This document shows positions 34,942 to 41,651 of a stretch of 57,702 nucleotides of DNA, one piece after another (the stretch's first letter is position 1; every line of letters begins with the position of its first letter). The notes beneath the pieces are model-generated. The model ran no database searches, was not told where the DNA came from, and worked only from the letters and a program-made list of their open reading frames with translations. The stretch spans positions 1-57,702 of the forward strand of contig CAYJRE010000003.1 in assembly GCA_964372665.1 (NCBI GenBank), in the 5' to 3' direction. A program made the position numbers and the translations under genes. The stretch is from an uncultured archaeon. GTDB lineage: Archaea; Iainarchaeota; Iainarchaeia; Iainarchaeales; VGJJ01.

Positions 34942-35385
34942 ATGAATGAAGACACGAATACAAGAGGAAAAACAGCCAGCGCTGCTGGAACCATTTCGAG
35001 CGGGGCAAGCCTTTTGAGTGGATACCAGGTATGCCATAACGTGTGCATGGGACTCATCGGGTTATTGTCCATCGTGGGAATAACGCTTGTTGGAATGCCC
35101 CTCGCTTTCTTATTACCATACTCGATTCCATTTTGGATAATAGGCGCGCTATTGTTATTGGTAACGGCCGCATGGTACGTTCAAAAACCGCACTGTGTTC
35201 CAAAACACTTAGTGTTGTTCAATGCAGGAATACTCATTGCAGCGATTCCGTTCAAAGAATTACAAAAACTTCAACTCGTTTTTTGGATTACTGGAGGCAT
35301 GATAATTGCTTTCGCAATATATGGCTACTGGACGAAAAGACAACGCTTTAAAAAAGTAAATTCTGAAATTGTTGGCAGTAAATGA
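34942..35385 (+). CDS. Four-TM membrane protein with CHNVC in TM1
   Basis: AAGTISSGASLLSGYQVCHNVCMGLIGLL. RBS GGGGTGA. Confidence 0.7.
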   Translation: MNEDTNTRGKTASAAGTISSGASLLSGYQVCHNVCMGLIGLLSIVGITLVGMPLAFLLPYSIPFWIIGALLLLVTAAWYVQKPHCVPKHLVLFNAGILIAAIPFKELQKLQLVFWITGGMIIAFAIYGYWTKRQRFKKVNSEIVGSK

Positions 35386-35468
35386 AAGCTTCCAATTCGA
35401 ATGTTTCCCCACCAGAAAGCGCTACTACCTGAGACATTTCGGCAGTTCTAAGACCTTTGATATCCCTA

Positions 35469-35573
35469 TCAATGGAACGGGGGCTTTCCTGTGTCTATAC
35501 GTTTTGCTGCGACACAACCGATTGCGAAAATTATCCCGATGAGTAACAGAATCAGCATCACACTTTTCTTCAT
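35469..35573 (-). CDS. 34-aa lipoprotein-like micro-ORF coupled to the upstream membrane-protein gene
   Basis: MKKSVMLILLLIGIIFAIGCVAAKRIDTGKPPFH. Its ATG overlaps the TGA of gene 35570..36085 (ATGA). Lipobox-like AIGC. It is below the ORF-track size cutoff. Confidence 0.3.
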   Translation of the reverse strand: MKKSVMLILLLIGIIFAIGCVAAKRIDTGKPPFH

Positions 35574-36085
35574 TTTATTTTACCTCGTGAAGATAGAAAT
35601 TTGGATTGCTCATACACAGCATACGACAAGAGAATTACGCTCATTACACCAAGCACTGGCTGCAAAGGCATAAAGTACGCTACCACGCCTGTCACGCCCA
35701 AAAGAAGTATTAGCACTTTATTGCATATCGCACACCCAAAGGAAAATAAACCGCCTACCGCCCCACCCGTTGCTACATAGTTGCAAATTGTTTGCGTCTT
35801 TCTAGTATAATACCACAACCCCACGTAAGTTCCTGAGAGTATCGAAGTCAGAACGAGGAATACATAATCATAATTGTATACCGGTGTCATTCTGACGAAA
35901 ATATCATTTGGCAGGAGCACGGTAATAATACCGAATGCTGAAAAGATTGCCAAGGCAGTCGCACTGCCCACGATTATTGAACGAGTGTTTAGTTTTTCCC
36001 GTTTATGATTTCCCCACATAGTTCCCCGTGATTTTTTATTCCAAGACTCGAAATACTTCCTTGTAACTTCTTTTGGTAAAGGCAT
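35570..36085 (-). CDS. Polytopic membrane protein with intramembrane CAIC (paralog of the membrane module of 31056..32522)
   Basis: FVRMTPVYNYDYVFLVLTSILSG...FSFGCAICNKVLILLLG...PLQPVLG aligns with FRMSEVTLFDYAFILLSSVLSA...AAVCPTCQAVNFVALG...PLGPIIP. Confidence 0.75.
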   Translation of the reverse strand: MPLPKEVTRKYFESWNKKSRGTMWGNHKREKLNTRSIIVGSATALAIFSAFGIITVLLPNDIFVRMTPVYNYDYVFLVLTSILSGTYVGLWYYTRKTQTICNYVATGGAVGGLFSFGCAICNKVLILLLGVTGVVAYFMPLQPVLGVMSVILLSYAVYEQSKFLSSRGKIK

Positions 36086-36138
36086 ATCGTATGTTTATTT
36101 TATTGATTTTTGGATGCGAGGATTACCCCGACCCAGTA

Positions 36139-36265
36139 GCGCGACACTCCCACGCCTAAAGGCGTGGGCTTCTGTTGAAATGGCGTTGGAGAAGCGCGAT
36201 TATAAACGGCTACGCCTTTACTCTTGCCTGAAAGGCAGGGGCTTCGGGCGAGGGAGTGTCAGTGA
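36139..36265. repeat. Long copy of the MITE-like or structured repeat (ends gacactccc/gggagtgtc, two CC-T(G)AAA-GG hairpins)
   Basis: gcgcgacactccc + hairpin cccacgcc-taaa-ggcgtggg + ~52-nt spacer + hairpin ctcttgcc-tgaaa-ggcagggg + cttcgggcgagggagtgtcagtga. The ends and the second hairpin match 10023..10076. Confidence 0.5.
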
Positions 36266-36310
36266 AAAAACAACACGGACTTGCTTATTCACTTAAAGGA
36301 AACAATATTC

Positions 36311-36943
36311 TCACGCGGAATCCCCCCCAGGCTCCATTCGAATCGTATATTTGTCTCCATCGCGGATAACCCGATTATCAAATTCGGTGTTTTCCTGGCC
36401 ATTCACTAAAAAAGTCATGACCGCCGGTGCGCCATTGGGGCAATTCTCCCCCACTTTCTTTCCATTAAACTCATTTTGAGTAAATGTTATTCCAATTCGG
36501 CGCATGAACTTTCCTACGGTTATTTGGTCGGGGGCGGTTGCATTCCCTTCGAGATGAATGCGTTGATCCCCATGCGTGTGCAATAAGTGGTCAACAATTG
36601 GCGCATTCGGCATGATGAAGGGTTCCCCACAAACACTACCATCCACATCCGCATGCCAGTGAACATTTCCAGTTGGAAACGACAATCCAACGGTATTGTA
36701 AGGAGTAGTGGGTGAATCGTTTTTGGGATTGAATACCCCGACGGCGAATGCGGAGGCCAATATCCCCAAAACGAGAACAATAAGGATTGGAATTTTCATT
36801 TTCTTAAAAAAGGAAAATCTTTCTGTTTCAACGGGTTTGGTTTCCGAGTGCTTGGCCTTCCGATGCATTAATAGTGCGTCCGCGTTCGAGAATGTTCTTT
36901 GGCAATGGTCGCACCGACTCTCTCCTTCGCTCATTTCACTCAT
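36311..36943 (-). CDS. C2H2 zinc finger, TM anchor and His-rich extracytoplasmic domain protein (paralog of 34098..34856)
   Basis: CDHCQRTFSNADALLMHRKAKH (C-x2-C-x12-H-x4-H), a TM segment, then VHWHADVDG...LLHTHGDQRIHLEG...FLVNGQEN...DGDKYTIRM. Confidence 0.75.
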   Translation of the reverse strand: MSEMSEGESRCDHCQRTFSNADALLMHRKAKHSETKPVETERFSFFKKMKIPILIVLVLGILASAFAVGVFNPKNDSPTTPYNTVGLSFPTGNVHWHADVDGSVCGEPFIMPNAPIVDHLLHTHGDQRIHLEGNATAPDQITVGKFMRRIGITFTQNEFNGKKVGENCPNGAPAVMTFLVNGQENTEFDNRVIRDGDKYTIRMEPGGDSA

Positions 36944-37156
36944 GCTGAAAGGCCACCAAATAGTTCAATGCAAAAACAAGCAAGACGATGCTATAAGCCG
37001 CTATGTTATATTCTAGCTGGTTATTAACCTTTTCCCAAAAGTACACGCCAAAAGTCCGATCTTCTCGTTTCCATCGGCGACCTGCTCAGTTCTTCTTTAA
37101 TACTATCCCATCAAGAGGGCTCTATTGAAAGTCTTTGTTTTTAAACCCCGGCAGGT

Positions 37157-37438
37157 TTGAGTCCTGCCGGGTTGGGAGAAACCATTCGAGGTGGTTCCCC
37201 CGTGAATGAAGCTAAGATTATTCGTAAAATTAAGCGTTTGCTTCGGCGAGCAAACGCTCCGCGTTATCTGCATCATTTTGGTCCCAAAAAGTACAAGTTT
37301 TGGCAACACGTTTTAGCGTTGTTCGTGAAACAAGAATGTAAACTCTCGTTCCGAAGAGTCGTTTCGCTCCTGCGTGGATTTGGATTTAACGTTCCAAGTT
37401 ATTCCGCGCTTGCAAAAATGACCTCCTCCGTGGCCTAA
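37157..37438 (+). pseudogene. N-terminal fragment of an IS4/IS5-like (DDE) transposase
   Basis: KKYKFWQHVLALFVKQECKLSFRRVVSLL...NVPSYSALAKM resembles the N-terminal HTH region of IS5-type transposases (FTxHQLLALLLLK...YR..VELL...VPHFSTL). The ORF stops after 93 aa and no DDE part follows. Confidence 0.45.
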
Positions 37439-37569
37439 AGGCCACGGTATTCAATTGGGCATGAACGACACTTGCTCGCGTGCTCGCTCGCCAAACAATG
37501 GGCGACGAATGTCGCCCTAAAGGGCGAGGTATCAGACCTTTTTGATCGAACTTTTTTCTAAAAAGTTCG
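37428..37569 (+). repeat. Cluster of GC-rich hairpins, two with CC-TAAA-GG apex
   Basis: ccgtggcc-taaa-ggccacgg (37428-37447). gggcgac-gaat-gtcgccc (37500-37517) overlaps tcgccc-taaa-gggcga (37512-37527). cgaactttt-N5-aaaagttcg (37547-37569). Confidence 0.45.
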
Positions 37570-37681
37570 AATGAATCTGGTGGTGCTCAATGCGGAGTTG
37601 CGACCCGGAATCCCTACGCTCGCTTTTCAATCCGAAATGGCGATGCCGTCGAATGGGAATCCCGAACGACAGAAATAGGAA

Positions 37682-38572
37682 TCAAACCGAGGAATCCATT
37701 TCCCACCTAAATATGCGATCCACGCCCCCCACGTTTTGGAGTACCAATGTGACTATGGCCATTTTCGACGGAATCGAATCGAACCGGAGTATGCCACTCC
37801 GGTGATGGCCGCCCAGTGCGCTGCCATCCCACGATACCGGAAAATATTTTTTACCCCGCTCATCCATGACATACGCTATTTTTTGGACGGAAAAATCCAA
37901 TTCGGTCTGATGCGTGTCAAACGCAATCTTGAACGCGATATGCGAATTAGAAAGAATGGGGGTCGCTTTCACCTCGACCCCGTTCTGAGAGCTCGTTTGA
38001 GTGGAGAGCAAAACGGCATCCGGCGAACCTACTGCCAAGGTTTGAGGAAGAAACCACGTGAAGGCGGCCAAGGCCGTTATACCAATCGCGCCCAAAACTG
38101 CCACCGTGTTCCGGATTTCCGCCCACGGCCATCCTTCCGCGAACGGAAAAGGAAAAACGCGGTGCCGTTGTAACAGGGAAAGCATGAGGGTTATCCCCAC
38201 CACACTTGAAACGATTCCTAGAACCATGAAGAAGGACTGGTACTCACTGAAAAACAAAAAAACGCCCGACAGCCCCAGAAAGGGGAGAATGTCCGTGACG
38301 TGGTGCAAACAACACGCAATCATGGTTCCTGCTGAAGTCCCTCCAGTGGCGGCCATCTGAGCGGAAGAGACGCGGTTCGCAAGTTCGGTGCGTCCATAAA
38401 AAAACAACCCCATTTGGGTGGCAAAACCAGCGGCCAACAGCAAGATGAGGAAACCGTATTCGCGAATCTGTTCCGCGACATGCGAGGGGCCGTTGAAAAC
38501 GAACGTGATGCCCCCATAAAGGAGCAACAATAATAATCCAGAAATAATCCCATAATAGGTTTCTTTGCGCAT
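37682..38572 (-). CDS. Polytopic membrane protein with vicinal-Cys ACCLHH motif plus a C-terminal beta-rich domain (GGHHRSG)
   Basis: ATGGTSAGTMIACCLHHVTDILPFLGLSG within a TM segment. The C-terminal ~110 aa are soluble (AFDTHQTELDF...WDGSALGGHHRSGILRF). ATG 38572 follows GGAGTGA. Confidence 0.75.
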   Translation of the reverse strand: MRKETYYGIISGLLLLLLYGGITFVFNGPSHVAEQIREYGFLILLLAAGFATQMGLFFYGRTELANRVSSAQMAATGGTSAGTMIACCLHHVTDILPFLGLSGVFLFFSEYQSFFMVLGIVSSVVGITLMLSLLQRHRVFPFPFAEGWPWAEIRNTVAVLGAIGITALAAFTWFLPQTLAVGSPDAVLLSTQTSSQNGVEVKATPILSNSHIAFKIAFDTHQTELDFSVQKIAYVMDERGKKYFPVSWDGSALGGHHRSGILRFDSIPSKMAIVTLVLQNVGGVDRIFRWEMDSSV

Positions 38573-38582
38573 ATGGTTTTTT

Positions 38583-39137
38583 TCACTCCTTACAGCAATC
38601 CACGAGCTTCTTGATGGTTTCCACAATTCCAACACTTGGATTTGAGCCCCGAAACAACCCTGGATTATTCTTTTTCACTTTTTCTGAAACACTGCCCTTT
38701 TCCTGCAACGGCAAATCAAGGGCTAGACCCATGAATAGGGAATACACCTCGAATCCACGAGAAAAATAGTTGGCCGCCTCACTCTCGTTTCCTGAATCCA
38801 ACTCTTTCGTGCCGACTTCCAACAATCGCATGGAAGCGGCCAGCAGGTGCTTGGAAATACACCACTCTTCCGCGGAAGGATTCCGTATGAGCTTTTTCAT
38901 GAACTCCTTCCGTATTTCTCGGATGGTGGAAAGCATGGTCAGGTATTTCTCATCGAATGTTTTGGCGAACGAAAACGCTAAATGCTCCTCCAGTGAAATA
39001 AGATTCATCAACCCGATGCTCAAGTCGGCATCCTTCGACAAATCCGCTTGCGAGAAAGAAAACTTTTTGACATCGTTAATCCAATCATCCGAAACGGGGG
39101 CGTTTTTTGCCCATTTCTTTTCGTTTTGATTTGTCAT
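38583..39137 (-). CDS. Cytoplasmic helical hypothetical protein ending in -VDCCKE
   Basis: 184 aa with no TM segment and a vicinal Cys pair four residues from the C-terminus. Its start abuts the stop of the upstream gene. Confidence 0.7.
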   Translation of the reverse strand: MTNQNEKKWAKNAPVSDDWINDVKKFSFSQADLSKDADLSIGLMNLISLEEHLAFSFAKTFDEKYLTMLSTIREIRKEFMKKLIRNPSAEEWCISKHLLAASMRLLEVGTKELDSGNESEAANYFSRGFEVYSLFMGLALDLPLQEKGSVSEKVKKNNPGLFRGSNPSVGIVETIKKLVDCCKE

Positions 39138-39668
39138 TCAAAGGCCCCCCGCCATAAACAACAGGCTCGTGATGACCAATAGACCCAAAGTGAGCCAAAT
39201 GCCCTGGAACGGAACCAAAACTCGGCCGTGTTTTCGCTTCATCCATTCGTGCATTTGTAATGCGAAAAGGGATACCAATGCGCCCACCAAGCCTCCTGCC
39301 AAAAAGAAGGAAGGGAAGTATGCCTGGTTCAACAGGCCTCCACTCTGCCCCAGCCAAAAGATGGGCAAATAAAACATATCACGGCTCAACGCCTGCAATG
39401 GAATGATCGTGAGCAACCATGAACCGCCAATCAGCAATGGCGTTTGCAATGGAACTTTTTTCCCCAGCTTGCGGGAAAACCATATCCCTGTGCTCACCGC
39501 AAACGCGCCCACGAACAATCCGACGATGCTATCGCTCAACCCGAATGCTCGTGCGCCGAGAATTCCAACCCCGATAGCTGCTGTACAGAGGGGACAATGG
39601 GCGTGCACGACAGCAGCACTACCAAAAATCCCACCTAACACCGCTAGCCAACGACCCATTTTCTGCAT
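39138..39668 (-). CDS. Polytopic membrane protein with HAHCPLC motif in TM1
   Basis: MQKMGRWLAVLGGIFGSAAVVHAHCPLCTAAIGVGILG. RBS GGGTGGGGGA 7 nt upstream of ATG 39668. Confidence 0.7.
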   Translation of the reverse strand: MQKMGRWLAVLGGIFGSAAVVHAHCPLCTAAIGVGILGARAFGLSDSIVGLFVGAFAVSTGIWFSRKLGKKVPLQTPLLIGGSWLLTIIPLQALSRDMFYLPIFWLGQSGGLLNQAYFPSFFLAGGLVGALVSLFALQMHEWMKRKHGRVLVPFQGIWLTLGLLVITSLLFMAGGL

Positions 39669-39700
39669 GATTGTATCCCCCACCCATATCCTCATTTCCT

Positions 39701-40102
39701 TCAACACCCGCCTACCATCTGGGAACCGCCCGAAGAAGGGGCAGACTGGACTTGATCGGGGTGCATGCGCGCCATCATCTCCCCATAGGTTTCGCCCGCT
39801 TCACCGGCGCGGGCATCGGCACTGGCCCCCGCCAAGGAAACGCTTCCCGTAATGGGAGAATAGGCTTTCTGCAGGGCTCCAATCTGAAAGGCTTGCACGA
39901 CATTGAGCACCAATAACATGCCCACACCCGCGAGCAACGCATAATGTTTCCAATTCGCTTGAGAATCATGCGTATGCTCCGCAGGCGCATTCCGCGATTT
40001 TTCCTCACAGTGTTCGCACGGCATACTAGCAACACCCCCTGTCGTGATTGTGTCCTTGTTTCTTCGAATCTTTTTTATCAGATCGACTTTTTTCTGTTTC
40101 AT
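39701..40102 (-). CDS. Cys/His N-tail, TM anchor, tail ending in -MVGGC
   Basis: MPCEHCEEKSRNAPAEHTHD (cytoplasmic), anchor LLVLNVVQAFQIGAL, Ala/Gly/Ser-rich linker, C-terminus GGSQMVGGC-stop. Confidence 0.7.
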   Translation of the reverse strand: MKQKKVDLIKKIRRNKDTITTGGVASMPCEHCEEKSRNAPAEHTHDSQANWKHYALLAGVGMLLVLNVVQAFQIGALQKAYSPITGSVSLAGASADARAGEAGETYGEMMARMHPDQVQSAPSSGGSQMVGGC

Positions 40103-40203
40103 TCATCTGTCATCACTCTCCCATGAACGATTGGATCTTTCGTTTTCGAACCCTTCGTTCCATTCTACTTTGTGATTCACTGATTCGCTCTTCGTTGCTC
40201 ATG

Positions 40204-40914
40204 CTAACACCCTCCCACCATGTTTCCACCGCTCGAACTTTTTTGCTTCTCGATTCCGCGGTAAAGATTCGAGGCCAAATTGACATAATTGAACTCGATC
40301 CCGTTGTCCTCGAGCGCTTTCGCCTTCTGCGCTAGCGCGGAAGGAAAAAATAGGGTTTTCCATTTTCCGAGCTCATCCAAAATCTGCTCGTCTGAAAACT
40401 CGCTTCCGTGCTGGGTGATCAGATATTTTGCCAGGCCTCGCATGGCATAACTGTGCGCACACCCGCAAGCGGGGTTTCCTTCTGCATCTGTAATTGCAGG
40501 AGCCCCACAGCAATATTCGCAGCTTATGGAATTGGTTATTTTAATGTAGCGCGACAAGTCATCCCCTTCCAAGGTTATGCTCTGATCCAACGCTGCCAAT
40601 TTTCGAATCGTCGCATCGGCCAACTGGGCGTTTTTCGCCGAAACATCATCGAATGAAACACTCAATTCAGTTCCATACACGAGCGGAATGCCTTTGGGCA
40701 ATACCTTTTCCACATCTAATGCGACTTTGTTTTCCTCCGATTTGACAAGATTTCCAGTGTCCACCAGAGTATTTTGTGCTGCGCTCAATCCAGAATTACT
40801 TACAGAAATGGGCAGGGTGGTTAATCCAGTCATGTTCCACGCGTTGACGAGCGTCAGAATGAGAGCGACTCCCATCAGCCCAAGCGTGACACCGTAAATA
40901 GTTGCAATTTTCAT
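40204..40914 (-). CDS. TM-anchored CxYCCG...CGCAH domain protein ending in -MVGGC
   Basis: Strong RBS GAAGGAGGT. Anchor ALILTLVNAWNMTGL. CEYCCGAPAITDAEGNPACGCAHSYAMRGLAKYLITQHGSEFSDEQI. C-terminus SSSGGNMVGGC-stop. Confidence 0.8.
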   Translation of the reverse strand: MKIATIYGVTLGLMGVALILTLVNAWNMTGLTTLPISVSNSGLSAAQNTLVDTGNLVKSEENKVALDVEKVLPKGIPLVYGTELSVSFDDVSAKNAQLADATIRKLAALDQSITLEGDDLSRYIKITNSISCEYCCGAPAITDAEGNPACGCAHSYAMRGLAKYLITQHGSEFSDEQILDELGKWKTLFFPSALAQKAKALEDNGIEFNYVNLASNLYRGIEKQKSSSGGNMVGGC

Positions 40915-41028
40915 CCAAAAACCTCCTTCAGGAGAACATCTCCCCCGACGAGTGGTTACAGGACTGAAACAGCATTATACAATACCGGAGAAACTAGTTT
41001 CACCAGAGAAAAAGCGATTGGAGTGGTT

Positions 41029-41526
41029 TTAGACCAACACGACGAGGTTGGTCATGCCTCTCCGCTTGCGTTCGATGATTCTCTCATGCTCCATCTTGTC
41101 CAATATCCGAGAAATACGGACCTTGGAATAACCGGTTTCCCTCACCAAATCGGATTGGAACAAGGAGCCTTGACGCTGGACGAGCAACCCATAAATTTTT
41201 TGGGATTCTTCATCCAGCGAGGAAACATCAATGGGGACGATGGCCTTACGTGTTTCTCCCTTTGCTGGTATTTCAACGAAACCGAAATAGACGCCGATCA
41301 GAATGATAACAAAGGATAGCCCGAATCCTGCGACAAAGAACCACGAGGTGTCCGTCTTGTGGACGGGGCACGATAGCATGTCCCCCCCGCTCGCCTCGAT
41401 GTTCTCGCATAAAAAAGCGGCTTGGGCATCATACTGGATTTTCACGAAACCCAAAACCAACGATAACACTAATCCGATGATGATGAGGACGTAGCCGATT
41501 TGCTTTTTTTCCAAGGAAAGGGGCAT
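41029..41526 (-). CDS. Membrane-tethered winged-helix transcriptional regulator with Cys/His extracytoplasmic loop
   Basis: Two TM segments flank FLCENIEASGGDMLSCPVHKTD. The C-terminal LFQSDLVRETGYSKVRISRILDKMEHERIIERKRRG is MarR/ArsR-like wHTH. It is the first gene of the - strand operon. Confidence 0.7.
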   Translation of the reverse strand: MPLSLEKKQIGYVLIIIGLVLSLVLGFVKIQYDAQAAFLCENIEASGGDMLSCPVHKTDTSWFFVAGFGLSFVIILIGVYFGFVEIPAKGETRKAIVPIDVSSLDEESQKIYGLLVQRQGSLFQSDLVRETGYSKVRISRILDKMEHERIIERKRRGMTNLVVLV

Positions 41527-41651
41527 AGTATAGTATGTTCCAAGGCATTCAATAAAAAAGGCACCTTTTGAAGAGCCGCCCATATATCCTTTTCGATACT
41601 ATCCATTTTTAGACTCGAAAAACGATGTAACTGCCAGAGAGGTGATCCGCT

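Noticed and set aside
36114-36296. 60-aa + strand ORF (MRGLPRPSS...CLKGRGFGRGSVSE...).
   Set aside because: It lies entirely within the hairpin/inverted-repeat element 36139-36265. The same CLKGRGFGR peptide at 10.0 kb arises only because the DNA repeat is shared, and there is no start context.
37590-38173. + strand ORFs 37590..37805 and 37736..38173.
   Set aside because: They lie antisense to the well-supported membrane-protein gene 37682..38572, or inside the hairpin spacer, and have Arg-rich shadow composition.
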